Shown here piece by piece: positions 47,907 to 60,957 of a stretch of DNA of 64,000 nucleotides. Positions within the stretch are counted from its first letter, which is position 1; every line of letters begins with the position of its first letter. The DNA comes from Ramazzottius varieornatus (lineage: Eukaryota > Animalia > Tardigrada): NCBI GenBank assembly GCA_001949185.1, contig BDGG01000007.1, positions 569,401 through 633,400 on the forward strand. The letters are read 5' to 3'. Below the pieces are notes generated by a model. It was not told where the DNA came from. It searched no databases and saw nothing but the letters and a program-made list of their open reading frames with translations. The position numbers were made by a program, and so were the translations under genes.

Positions 47907-50900
47907 ATGAACGTCGGCAGGGCCTCGCTTTCTTCAGACTCTGACACAGAGCCTGTAGCTCGCCGAACCAGGATTCACGGACCTACGGCTGATGACCAAC
48001 CTAATCCTCCAGTCCTTACGGTTCCCTCGCGTCGTAAACGAAAGACGCGCGCTAAGGCGACTCCGGCTCGTCAACGTTTCCGGAGGTCCAACACAGGCTC
48101 AACCGCCCCACGAGTGGCACGGGCTCTTATGGCCTCGGTGTCCGCCAGCTCCAGCAATCTCCAACCATCGTCCGAGGACTGGTGTGCGCTCCAAAACGAA
48201 GTTCGCCAACTCTGTGTTGAGGTCTCCAACTCTCTTCGGCACCTGTTTCCACGTCAAAAACAACAACCGCCGTACTACCCTGCTCGGATCAACACGCGCA
48301 CCATCCGTGACTATGCTCGAGGATTCAACTGTCGATGCACCATCTTCCGCGCCCGTCATCGCATCTAGCTCCAAGCCCGCTCAGGTCCTAGCTCTTCCTC
48401 CAGCTGACCTTCACCTGCCCGTTGTCGAGCCCGCACTTTTGGCCAAGTTACAGAACCCGTGTGAGTATGTCGACCTGGAGAATTGCCTGCCTCAGAACCG
48501 GGCCAAGTTCGGTGAAATCGAAGGACCCGCAACTTCAACGGGTCGCGGTCGCGGGGCTGGACGTTCTGAAAAGCATCGTATTCGATCTTTTGACGATTGG
48601 GCGGAAGCCTTGTCTCTGTTCTCCCGTTTTCGTGGCTACTATGCCCCGGAATTAGCTTCTCCAATGGTTGGATACATCAATGTGATCCGAAAGCTGTCCA
48701 AACAGTTTCCCTTAGCTACCTGGCAAGCTTGATACGGATGCGGCGACACCAACCATCTTCTGCCCGCTCGCCCGAGACGATTGCTACCCAGGGCTCCTTT
48801 TGCGTACCAACAGCTATTCGTCCCTTGCTACCCATATCCGGATCGCGGCTATGGCTACCAAGGGCACCACCATTTAGCATTACAGCGGGTAGTAGTTGGC
48901 CAAGGAACGGGATACGGTTTTTCCACAAGCTCCTTTCGGATGGTCGAACCCTCAGAATCCTGTTTCTGTTAGTTACGAAACCAAAAAGCAGTCTTAAGTT
49001 ATATCTCCCAGCGCTGAAGTCTGTCAGGCTTATAATCCTGGTTATGGTGAAGGCCCGTGGTGCCTCGATGGTCGGTCATCTCTGCAATGTATGTTTTTCC
49101 AGAAAGCATAGAGCAGCCTTCCACAACACGGGTGTTAACCCTCATCCCGTCCAGTAGGTCCACATCTCTCAAACCTCAAATTTTCTCTCTTCTTCTACAA
49201 CACTATCCCGATAAACATGCAGTTTAACGCTTCTGTAATGGGTTGACAAACGGGTTTAGCATTGGCTATTTCGGCCCGGCTTTAGCACGTTTCACAAACA
49301 ATGCAAAAACCGCGGACCATCATCCGGATGTAATAGCCAGGTATATCAAGAAAGAAATCGAGGCCAAGCACACCGCGGGTCCTTTTCCCACTCTCTCGCT
49401 ACCAAACTTCGTCGTGTCTTCGCTTGGTATTAGACCAAAGAAAACGGGCGGCGCTCGTTTGATTATGGATCTTTCTCGTCCCTTCCGAAATTCGGTTAAT
49501 GACCACATTTCAGCAGACGCGTTCACATTGAAATTCTCTAATATTAATGAAGCAGTAGCGCTAGTTATTAAGAGTGGGAAAGGAGCGTTCATTGCTAAGA
49601 TGGATGTTGAAAGTGCGTTCCGGCTAACTCCAGTTCGCAAAGAGGACTGGCACCTATTGGGATATTTCTTTGACAACGAATATCATTTCGACATTGTTTT
49701 TCCTTTCGGGTTACGATCGTCACCAGCGATCTTCAACCGTCTCTCAGAGTTCGTCAAATGGCTGCTGATACACAACGGTCCGACCATTGACTAGGTGCAC
49801 TACATGGACGATTTCTTTGTCGTCTGTGATTCGGAACAGAAGTGTCACCAAGCCATGTTATACATGAAGCAACTGTGCGATGACCTTGGGGTACCGTTAG
49901 CCGACGAGAAAACGGGTCCTTCAACCAGCTTAACTTTTCTCGGAGTGGGGATTGACAGTGTCAAACAAACGTTACATGTGCCACAGCAGAAGATAGACGA
50001 ATTAAAGATAGAATTTTCACTTTGTGACCATCGACCAGGGGCAACCAAGCGTCAACTTTTGTGTTTGATTGGGAAACTCAGTTCAATCAGGAAATGCATA
50101 CCCGCTGGGCGGATATTTCTGCGTCGGATGCTAGATTTAGCCCAGAAACTCCGAGGTTTAGACCATACCATTCATCTCAACCAAGGGTTCAAGGCAGACC
50201 TGGAATGGTGGAAGCAGTTTCTGTCACTTTGGAATGGTGCAGCTTCGTTTTTCGAACCAACGTGGATTCTTGCGTCTCGGTAGTCTTTGTTCACTGATGC
50301 AGCGGGTCCGATAGGGTGTGGTGCGATTTGCGGTAACCAGTGGTTCCAATACAGGTCGCCAGACGGGGTACTGGCTCTTAATCCACCTATCGCCTGGCAC
50401 GAAATGGTACCCATCTACCTATCATGTGTAGTCTGGGGTTCACAATGGCGCGGCAAGCGCCTGGAATTTTATCACGATAACCAAGCAACAGTCGCAGCAT
50501 GGAAAAAGTTTTCAAGTCCCCACAAGGGTTTGATGGAGTTGATCCGACGCATTTATTTCCACGCAGCCAAGAACAACTTCACACTGAGAATTATGCATTT
50601 GCGCGGGGTGGCGAATGCTATCGCTGATTCCCTCTCACGTTCTCAAATGGAACGGTTCCGCACGCTAGCACCAAGACCCAATCATTCACCGGAAACAATA
50701 GACTCGAACCTCACAAAGTCACGACAGTCACTGTACATGCAAAACGACAAATGGATCGAAAGCTCGACCACTTAGTTGACAGCCTTATCGCTGCCCACCT
50801 GACTTGTGGCACGGGGCTTATGGAACCGGGGTTAGACGGTTCTTTCGTTTTTGTATAACTCAGCAGTATCTTTTCCTTCCATCCGATTCGACCACGCTGC

Positions 50901-51646
50901 ATCGATTTGCAGCATTCCTTTTTGATGAAAAAGTTTCCGCGAGAACGGGAGCCGTTTACATAGCAGCAGTCCGGAAGCAGCATCTCGAACAACTGTTCCC
51001 TGATCCTTGTGCGAATGACTCTCATATGTCTTTGATTCTGAAAGGGTGGGCCAGACTGATAAAACCCCGTCCCGACCGGCGAAAACCCATTATTCGCAGT
51101 ACAATGAAAATGCTCAAGCAACGCATTAAGCAAGAAGAAAAACTGGACTAATACGACAAAATCATGCTCTGGTCAGCATTCAACTTAGCCTTTTTTGGTT
51201 ACTTGCGTGTGTCGGAGTACACAAGCTATTCCCAAAGCTGCCTTACTGACCCCCTATCCTTGTCGGATATTTTGATCTCCGACTATCTCCGCGTTTGCAT
51301 CAAGCAAGACAAAACCAACTGTACTGGATTTCCTGTATACCTCAAGTTAGCTGCCACTGGCCATTCTTCTTACCCCGTTCGTTCTTTCTCGAAATATGTC
51401 ATTTCTAGAAAAAATCTCAATTTCACCGATTCACCTTGCTTTATCTTTGAATCGGGAGGATTTTTAACCCGATGGCATCTAAAATTTTGACTAAAACAGT
51501 TTCGTGGGTCGAATTTTTCGTCGCACAGTTTTCGCATAGGCGCAGCAACGTCGGCCTGTGCATCTGGCATACCGATTGACTACATCAAGTTAGCCGGTCG
51601 ATGGAAGATCAATGCTTACGCGCGCTACATTCGTCAAACTTCGTAG
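47907..51646 (+). mobile_element. Decayed tyrosine-recombinase retrotransposon (DIRS order, Ngaro-like): gag, RT, RNase H, YR
   Basis: gag-like IRSFDDWAEALSLF and HLCNVCFSRKH. RT: LGIRPKKTGGARLIMDLS, KMDVESAFR, PFGLRSSPAIF, HYMDDFF. RNase H: FTDAAG, HDNQA, HLRGVANAIADSLSR. YR: AFFGYLRVSE, SHSFRIGAAT, GRWKINAYARYIR. In-frame stops at 49792, 50281, 51149, 51488. Element ends not defined. Confidence 0.9.
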
Positions 51647-51860
51647 AGAGCTTCCTAATATCAATGTGGCTTCTCACGCTGTGGTTGTGCTTGGGGTGAC
51701 CATCGCTCGTGTCGGTGTTGGGGGTGTCGCTCTGGCCTAAATATAGGGTCAGCAAACCTTGCGACCGGTAACAGTTTCAACTTGCCAGTGGACGCCTTCT
51801 CAATGCCGGCACTTGCGTCCGTGTTCATTTAGAGTAAATTACGCCAATGTCTTTAGATGC

Positions 51861-54405
51861 TCAACTTCCGGCCGAGGCGAGATGTGCGCACTCGTTCTCG
51901 ATTTGCTGCGATGTGTCGAGCTCCATGTGGGATAGTACCCACCACCGGTCATCCTTATTGCGCCGTAGTCTGAGAAGCAAGTAAGTGTCAGTCTGCTGTT
52001 GTGTATTCTCTAAAGTCAGTCAAATTTGGTGGCTTGTCAGCCACAATGCGGATTTACCTTGTCATTAACATGGATAACGTAACGGTGAAGATCACAGCAA
52101 CACTCGGGATTTAACCACATGAAAGCTCCAAAGTCAGTACTAAAGCATCAAGGGTAACCGACTTCGGTAAAACTTCTTTCAGTAAGATTGAAGTGCAAGA
52201 CGTACCGAACCTACTCTTGTATCCTTGACAGGGATTCCCGTCTGGGCCGCTTGGAGGTCGATCGAGGACTGGCCATGCACCCTGCCATCTAACTTTCTTC
52301 ACTTCTTTCAGTTCAAGTGTCTTCGGTACTTGTCTAAACACCGTCTGCAAAATATGCAATTCTTCAGAAGCTGGAAGCTGGCTGGAAGTCTACAGCCGAT
52401 ACGAGTTCTCACCTCAAAACCCCTCGAATCGCTTTTCATTTGCGCAACATCCAACGGAATTACCCGTTCGCCCATGTCGTTCAAAAAGATCCGCCCGGTT
52501 GGTAGGTCGTAAGTGCGGTTCAAATAGTGATTTGCCAAAGCAATCCCGTCAAAGAAATCGAAATCTGCATCGCGTGTATATACTTCAGTTATGACCTGCA
52601 AGTAGTCAAGCCCAGGCGCCGTTACGATCTTCGATGATATAGAACAATTTGAAAAGGCGTACCTGCGCCAGAATCATGAAGGCAGCATAGGAGCTTCCAA
52701 CGTGAGGTGCCGGCTGGGTAGCAGATGAACAGTTGAAGTTTTGTCTTATTAACTAGAAGCTGATTCCAGTATACCTGCACTTACCGAAGTATTATTAGCG
52801 TAAGGGCGTCCGTATACGTCTGCCGCTCGCTGCCGCCAGATATCATTGTAACTTTTACACTCCGTACCAGCTGAGGGGCCGCATGAATACAGCGTACCAA
52901 GCCCCACCAGAAGCACTGAGTTGTACGCTTCTCGGGCTACCTTTGCGGAAAAACAAGCAAGCGCGTGCCGGATCAAACTGTAAAAGCACCTGCGGCTGAA
53001 ACATTTCTCCTAAAATGTCAGTCGAATCATCGAATTTCAAGAAAAATTGCCGAATGCAGGGTGACGAAAGAGAGTCATCGAAACAAAAACCTGTCGCAAA
53101 TGCGGGTTAAAACCACGTTCTGACTGAGCTCAGTTTCTCAACCCTACGAAAATGTGCAACCGTACGTATTCTCCGTTGGTCATATTGATGCTGCTTGCCA
53201 CAATCTACAAAGAATACACGCGTGGCTCCAACGCCACTTCCTATCGAGGGCAAAGCAATAACGTCAAAGCCTTACCAGCAACGCGCGCAAACGGTCTGAG
53301 TGTCCGAGGAAAAAACAGACTACAAAAACGCCATTTGCGAAATCATCTAAGGTGCACGTAATTGTGGATCATGAAGTTACCCTGGCTAGTTTGTTGCAGT
53401 AGTTGTAAGACGTGCTGATAGTTGACCGGTGGGTGAGCAGAGTCGATGGTCAAATAGTGCACTTGATATCCCTTGCTGTCCGAGAGCTCGGCTAAAAGGA
53501 ACTTCTCGAGCGGCTCAAAGAAAGGATTGCTTCCTCGATCCACGAGGATTAACACAGTCCTCCAGCAGAATTTCTGCATGAAATCAAAGCTGATCTTCAC
53601 AAACGTCGACACCGTGTTGACCGTCGTTGTTATCCGCGTTGGGTAAAGCAATCTAAGCCAACTATCCAAAGACTCAACACTATGAAATCAAAGAATAGAT
53701 TTACCGATGATGACAGACAATGTGAATTTCCAGAAATGATAACCGTTCAGAGGACCGTGAACAACTGCTCGCCGGTGCCACGTTCAAGGTACCTGTTAAC
53801 GAAGACGATATTCCATTCTCTTGCCAGACGCGCCAGCTGTGCGGCTTCCAAGCAGCCTAAGATACTATCAATATGAAAATCCGAAGCCTGCTGGCTGAAA
53901 AGTATACAAGGCCGTACTCGATGTTCCAGTTTGATACTGTATTTCCGAACGACTGGGAGACGGCCGCTAAAAACATTCACATAGACTTAAAGACCAAACG
54001 TCACCCGTACGTACCTCCTGTCATCAGGGTCGTAACATATACCTGCTCGACTGATTTCGCTGTGGTTTGTGCTGCTGCGACCAGATGATAGTAGGTTTCG
54101 GCGACCAATCTTTCGACGTTGTCGCTCCATTGTTTGCAGTCAGTTATGTTCAGTGCAAGTGAGGAGATTACACTTGTTTTAACACGAAGAGCACCGAATG
54201 AACGCTGGATGTCTTCCAAGGCGGAATCGAAAGCAGGACCTATATGGTGATAAGTTCCAACAATGTATGGCGAATACAATGCGGGAACGATGACATAGAC
54301 ATCCAACTGTTTTGGTTTGATGCGAACGTTTGCTGCGAACGAAGTGGATTCTAACGTACTCAAACGCAACAGGGCCACACTGGCGAATACGATATGAAAC
54401 GACAT
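51861..54405 (-). pseudogene. Natriuretic-peptide-receptor-like (ANF ligand-binding domain, TM, short tail) gene, probably disabled
   Basis: Signal peptide from 54405. GPAFDSALEDI, LARLAREWNI, FMQKFCWRTV, NMTNGEY|VFV, VAREAYNSVL, NRTYDLPTGRIFLNDMGER, W-x-GAWPVLDRPP, TM IPSVAVIFTVTLSMLM, tail RLRRNKDDRWWVLSHMEL...AGS*. A 1-nt deletion near 53040 gives FGNFS* instead of FSWKFDD. Confidence 0.75.
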
Positions 54406-55595
54406 GACATAATTTCTGATCAACTGCCGTGGAGAGCCAAGTTTATCACAACCATCTATCCAAAATTTCAGGCTCACTCGATCCGTGAGCCTGTTGAAAA
54501 GTACGCTTCGCTGTATTCGCTGTTGTTAGTATTTTCTGTCGATCGGTTCTCAGTTGTACACTGTTGTGAATCTTCAACCCAACTTCTTCCATGTATTCTG
54601 AAGCAGTGAGGCGTTCAGCTATTAATATGTATGCAGGACGTACTTGAAGATCTAATTTGCCTGAGCGGATGCGCTTGACTTCCCAGTGCGCCGCAGATGG
54701 GTACAAATGTCGTTTTTCTACCGAATGACTGACAGGACTGCCGGGTACAAATGCGCCTTTTCAGTCGGAATCCCTAACATGTTTTTTCGGCTTGAGGAAT
54801 TTATCATGTACCAGTGAGTCCTTTTGCTGCTCCGCACTCTTTATACAGTACGGTGTATAATGCCGGCTGAAGAGCCTGGGTATTAAGTTATACCGTATGA
54901 ATATCTACCCGTAGGATACGGTGTAGACTTTTCGCCCACGTCTCTACCGGGAAATCAATCGACGGTGAACTGAACAGAATTGGTCGTATGCGCGACGAAA
55001 TTCTTACTGAAACCAATTATGCCGAAAATTCTAATTGGAGATCTTTTCCAATTATTTCTTTCGGTAATAAAGTCATATGGAGCACTTGTGAATAACAAAA
55101 GCCTCGGGCATAGCAGCACTCGGCGATTTCTGCCTACTCAAACTCGGACCTTCCCACAGTGCGAAACAAATCATGTTCCTCAAATAATATTTGCAGAACG
55201 AAAACCATGTTGGTGACAATGCTCATAAAGCATTCCCTCGTGTTTTGTTACGCTGTGGACGCTCTTCCTCGAGTAACACGCACCTCTGGTCCCTGTCGAC
55301 TTCATTGACAAGAAGACAAAGAGGCCAGTTACTTGTTCTTTGTGTCGTTGAACATTTTTACGCCATCTGCATTGAAAGTGAGCGTGATGGCTTTTTTCGG
55401 GGACTCACGGTCGGTATAACACGTTGCAAGAACTCCTTATGAGCCGTCACCATCGTTATGATCTGTTCTGACATCGTGCTTACGACCGCTAGGTTAACCC
55501 CAAAAACGGATCTTTTTTTCCTGGAAACAAAACAGCTTGGTTTCTTCGGGTATTTACAGGTGAACATGTTGAGCCTTGGCTTTTGCACAACCGTG

Positions 55596-55667
55596 TCGAA
55601 TTTTTGTCAGTGTATATTCTCAACTCCCCGTCATCTAAAAGATCGAATTTTTGTCAGTGTATATTCT
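55596..55667. repeat. 25-bp direct repeat
   Basis: tcgaatttttgtcagtgtatattct at ~55596 and ~55643. Confidence 0.7.
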
Positions 55668-56210
55668 GGAGATGACTGATCTCTTCAGCTCTCTTCTCTT
55701 TAAGAAAAAAAAAAATAAAAAAAATACTGAAATTTAACGCGAACGTCACCTGAAAGTTACCTGAAAGTTACTGCGTTACCGACAGCGATTTTACACACAT
55801 ACCGGTATTGAGAGTTGGGGAAAGTTCGGCGTCAGAGGATGTCCGGTGAGCATTCCGTAATAAAATGGTAGCAGAATATGGCACACCAGAATCCCCGTTC
55901 CAGACAGATCAGCTGTTTACCAGATACTCCTTCCAAGTCTCACATCGTTTGAAGGATGTCGGGAATTACCAAGAGCAGGGAACGGGATCAAGGACGGCAA
56001 GCGAATGTGCAAGGAGGTGGTCGGTTGCCACAAGCAGCAAGAACAGTTGAATAGCGAGGAAATTTTATTGTTTGATAATTTACAATTCCGAGGTTTAGCG
56101 CTTGCATCAGCCACCCACAGCATGCACTCGAGCCACGCATGCGCCGGGTGAGAAAAGTGTAACCTATGTAGTGGGAACATTATTCCCTCCGTTACAAAAC
56201 GCCACGGTGA

Positions 56211-56530
56211 AATCCCGGGTGTATTGCATCCCGGGTGTACCTAGTCCCGGGTGTACCTAATCCCGTGCAACGTATATTCCGGGATGGAAAAATCGGGATT
56301 AATACAAAAATCCCGGGAGCATGAAATATCGGGGAACCCTAATTCCGTGCTACGTATATCCCGCGATCGACAAATTCCGAGATTCGTACAGAAAACCCGG
56401 GAGGATGAAATCTCGGAGGATCTTCACAGTAATCCGGCTCGGTATGTGTCCGGGTTAAGAAGTCCCGGTGATCCCTGCACCATTCTTAAAAATCACATTC
56501 TCTGTCGAGACTCGCTTCCGGGATCCGCGA
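56211..56530. repeat. CCCGGG/CCGGGA-rich short-period repeat, probably a subterminal array of a DNA transposon remnant
   Basis: tcccgggtgta occurs three times in tandem, followed by many tcc(c)ggga variants. Confidence 0.55.
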
Positions 56531-57620
56531 AATTTCTTATGTCTCATTTGAACATTATGACAGTTTTGTGGGTTTCCACTTTGTTCGAAACTTGATCTGT
56601 TCGAAATCCCTATACTATTGCGGTCACGAACGTGGACACATGGCAAGTCAAACAATCAAAACTGACTGTGTGACGTGACGTCACGGCAATCAAAAGCCTT
56701 GATCAACGTTTCCGGTTCAGTCAGCTGTTTCAGGCGTAACAGGTCTTCCTTTGTGACCGGGAGTCTTTCTGTGATCTCTTTTGTGATATCCATGGTTACC
56801 TCAGTCATTGTGTTATATAATAGAGTTTGCGATGAGTCGAGGCTAGAGGGTGAAGGACGTGGTAATTTAGATTTTAGAGTGCTTTCCAATAAATTTCATC
56901 AAAACTTTTGATTGCAGTACCGCCCCAAACTCCGCCTTCATTTTGATCGATTGATTTGCCGTGTCTCCACGTTCGTGGCCGCAATAGTATCTGTCAGGGT
57001 CTGTCTCTACTGAGGCGTTTCGAATCAGCGCGCTGAGTCTTCTTGTACACAGTGCGACCGTTATGGATCGAATTCGAAAGATGGAAGAAGCACTGTACGA
57101 GGTAAACGTCCTAGTTCGCGCAGGGGTGTTTTTGGGACAGAATTTAGGTGAATGATGTCTCAGCATCTGTTAGAGCTACCTACTTTCTTTCTGCTCCGTA
57201 AGACAGAAGAACCTCTTCCGTAAAGCTTGCAAACGGTTTGAGGAAGAGCAATAGCAGCAAGTTGATGGAATCGGCTTTGGCGAGAAGAGGGGTATGCGCA
57301 ATGTTAAAAAGCCTAAAGTTGTATGAACTGACGTACGGCGAACAATCAAAATAGCCTGACTACGATGCATGAAATTTTCCCGCATTTTCTGGCGGTAGTT
57401 TCGGGAAGACAATTATCTCTTCCTCACCCCAATGCTGGTTTCGGTTGAAAACACGACGGATTTTCAGAAGAAACGAAGTCAAGTAGCGCAATGTGGGAGA
57501 GGCGTGTCGCTCGGATCACTCGACGCGCCAGGTCCAATTCGCTAATTGATCTGATCATGCTCCACTCCGCCAAAATTTCAAAGTTCGACCAAAGTGGTCA
57601 ATAGTACAACCATTTAAACT

Positions 57621-57721
57621 CGGCTTGCACAGAATTTCAAATTCTGTGCAGCGATATTAGGCAAAACATAAGCAGTGGATAAATGCACAGCATAAACCCT
57701 ATACTCATGCTGTGCAAGCCG
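57621..57721. repeat. Nested palindromes (small foldback element)
   Basis: Perfect tgcacagaattt-c-aaattctgtgca (57626-57650), outer cggcttgcacag...ctgtgcaagccg, second inner gcacagcat...atgctgtgc. Confidence 0.65.
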
Positions 57722-58058
57722 AAAACATGACTTGCGAAACAGGTCCATTAACAGTAAGAACCTAAAACAAACGCAGAGAGCCTGCTGCCGAGTCGGACAA
57801 TGCTATATGGGCAACCGTTAACTCGCTCTCAATACGGACATCATAATATGTAGCTCGTATATATCGCGCAGTAAACCACGTGAACAGTGAATGGTGCCCG
57901 GGTTGAGATTCAAAGAGACCACAGACAGGGATAGCGTCTGATCACACTGGGCCATGGTGACTCATCACGTGGTATAGCGAGCGATAATTTGGTAGGGTTT
58001 AACCTACAGTGTTCGACCTATTGAAGGAATCTGAAACCGCCTATTCTCAAACGTTAAC

Positions 58059-60540
58059 TTAAACGACAAGTCTAACAGTTATCTTTGTCTTCTGGTTGAA
58101 TACCGACACGTGAACAGTATCCACCACCCACCAAGTTTCCGTCCGTTCTCCAACCTTTTTTCGTATGTGCAACCTGTGACGCAAGCATTCATCGAGCGAA
58201 GAGCCAGGGCTCGAAGTACAGTAGTGATAAACATAAGAAAACTTGGACACAAACACGCTCCTCACCATGTGACGACAGTAAGCAGTACGGAGGCTAATAT
58301 CACGGCGCCCATCACCTTCAGTATTACGTCGTCGTGTGACTGGATCAAACCTCGAAAGAGAAGGACATGTCTGACCAATACCGGCCCGACTATACTGCAA
58401 GGAGAGAATAACTCATAAAAGGTTTAAAATTACAGTTTTTAGCTCCGATGTTACGTCCGGGTTAGCTCGGTATGGGCCAGGGTATGTTGGAAAGTCTGCC
58501 AGCTGGATGGTGGCCGTATTCAAAAACAGCACAGGCTGAAAGTACGAAAACTGTCAACTGTTTGGACCTTGAACACGAATAGAAATGACACGTTTTCTCT
58601 CTGTGCAAATACCGATAGATTTCCTTCCTCGTCGAAGTGGTTCAGGATCAATTTTGGCACGCGTTCGCCAGCAGCATATAGTGACACGCCGCCTATTGCT
58701 GTCCGAAAAGTTCGGTTGGACAACTGGGCCGCCAGAAAGGTTGTATTTTGTATCGATATCAATGGGGAGCCGCCTGATTTGGATAGGAGTTCGTCCACGA
58801 GGACCACGACCTCGAAGGGTGAGATGGAAACATTGTTTGTTTGAAGGGGAAGCCGCAATACACTTTCGGCTGGTACAGTCTACTGTAGTGCTGCACCTAC
58901 TTGTGCCAGCATCATCATGGATGTGTATGCAGTAACGGAACGACAGTGGCTGTTGTCGTACCATTTCACTTTTTCCGTACGTATAGTTGAAACTACGAGC
59001 AGAAGACTCTAGCATCAACGAAGCAAACTTCTGTAGTTCAACACTTGTTTCCTCTTTGATTTCCGTGATGAATACGGACTGAAAGGCGTGTCTGGCGTCC
59101 TGAATTTACACAGTGAACTACATTCCCTTGTGCAACATGACGACTCCAGTTATGCTTATGCTGTTATAAGACCTGGTCATGCATGATGATCATAGAATTT
59201 CCAGGTGGAGTTCGCCAGGGCGTTAGGCGATACGGGGTATGGGTTATGCAGACCTGCGAACCAAGGGGTTAAGAACGCCTATTCAACTAGGAAAATTCCA
59301 AGCCTTATCTCGCTTACGTGGGTCCCGTCTGTCATGGACAGCTTTTGAGCTTCAAGTATCATCGCGCGAAATGGAGCAGACGGGCCAAAATGGAGGATCA
59401 CTGCAGATGCAAGAACTTGCCTTTTAACATCGCGAAGGGTTGTCGAAGTAATAATCAAACCCACAGTACCTACCACCAGGCGTCGCTCCGGGGTCCGAAG
59501 TGTCTGAGTGGGCGAGATTGCGAAGTGGGCCCCAGGATGGAAACCTTGTGGCTAGAGCAGCGCTAAATCGGCATGCCTGCTCATTTCGTCGCCACAAGAC
59601 CTCCATCTGGGGCCCANNNNNNNNNNNNNNNNNNNNNNNNNNNNNNNNNNNNNNNNNNNNNNNNNNNNNNNNNNNNNNNNNNNNNNNNNNNNNNNNNNNN
59701 NNNNNNNNNNNNNGCAATCTGGCCCACTCAGACATTTCGGACCCCGAAGCGACGCCTGCCTACCACTACACTTAAGTCGAATAGAAACCAGCATCGAATC
59801 AAAGTCGACGTCTTTCTCCGAACTGATCCGGACGTGTTGGAGAGCTACTATGAAGGCATCATCAGCCAATGCCTTTTGGCGAGCCGCGCAAGTATATGCG
59901 AAGTATACGTTTCCAGATCAATGCCACATGTTTCCAGTGGAAGTGCCTCAGCAAGCCCAGGTAGAATTTCAGTACATTTGGCTCGGATGTTATCCCCGTA
60001 GCTATCAAGTTTGGGTACGTTATGGCGCTCCGTGTCGGCTTCGTTTCGGCGCTGGAAGATACGTTACAAGTACTGGTATAAGTTTCGAACCGTTCGGAAA
60101 TATAGGTAAGTTTTACATGAGTAGAAACACTAGTTTCTCCAGGTTGGTCGCCAGTTGTAGCGCGCTCTTCGAATAACAATCTGGAATGGACCTGGTCATC
60201 TTAGAACAGCGCCGCCATTAAATTCATTCTTTTCCATCTTACCGGATAATGTTTGCAGAAAGACAACGAGATCAGCAGAATCGAAGCGTCTAACGTTGTG
60301 GTACTAATATTCGGCGAGTTGGCGTTCGGAGTCAACTTCGTATTCCGTACAGAAATGATACGCTGGGTCTGTTATGATACTCTGTGAAACGTGGAGACAA
60401 GGATCGTCCCGTTTGATGTCAGAAAGGGCCAGCTCATACGCTGGCTGAACATACGGCAATCCGCTGAGCATCGTTGGGTAAAATAGCCCCATTGTGATGA
60501 TCTTAATGTTGACCACTCTGGGACAGCTTGCATCGCTCAT
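58059..60540 (-). pseudogene. Second NPR-like (ANF domain, TM, short tail) gene, pseudogene
   Basis: PAYELALSDI, in-frame TAG at 60304-60306, LLRHFHWKHVALI then frameshift, VARHAFQSV, LSNRTFRTAIGGVSLYAAGER, TM VMGAVILASVLLTVVT, tail ...ETWWVVDT...VV*. Contains a hAT insertion. Confidence 0.75.
59477..59758. mobile_element. hAT-type element with 8-bp target-site duplication; interior lies in an assembly gap
   Basis: ~45-bp TIRs starting CAGG (caggcgtcgctccggggtccgaagtgtctgagtgggc / gcccactcagacatttcggaccccgaagcgacgcctg). cctaccac is duplicated at 59469-59476 and 59759-59766. Confidence 0.88.
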
Positions 60541-60957
60541 GGTTTCACGAAAATCAGTTTACGTTTATGGTTATACGCTATGCGAACCCGGAAGTAGACG
60601 GACCACTGGAACAAGTGTCATAGCGTTCGATTGTCACGAACAGCTAGACCCCATACCCGAACGAACGTGAAAGCTTGAAGAGATGACGTCGAAACTGTAT
60701 TGGCAAGAAGCATTAGCTGGAAAACACCATCGATTGCACCAGAGAGGTCACGCACTTACTCCTGTGCACAAAAAATCTGGAATATGACGGAAAAGCCCAG
60801 ACAAATAACGCCATTCATGATATACTTAGACAAGCCTCCAGTTTTCTGTTTCACTTTACTCAGCAGCACCTGCTGAATTCGGATGAAACCATCGGGTAAG
60901 AACGACAAATAACGTTCAAGCCGGAGTAAACACATCCGGAGTAAATGGGTACTCAAA

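Noticed and set aside
49792-51490. Programmed stop-codon readthrough in the retrotransposon pol and YR
   Set aside because: The stops are of three types (TAG, TAA, TGA) and come with frameshifts, which fits ordinary decay.
56211-56530. CRISPR-like array
   Set aside because: No constant-length repeats with unique spacers, no cas genes, and a eukaryotic context.
56595-57412. Short minus-strand ORFs as a gene or transposase remnant
   Set aside because: No recognisable motif and no consistent exon chain could be built.
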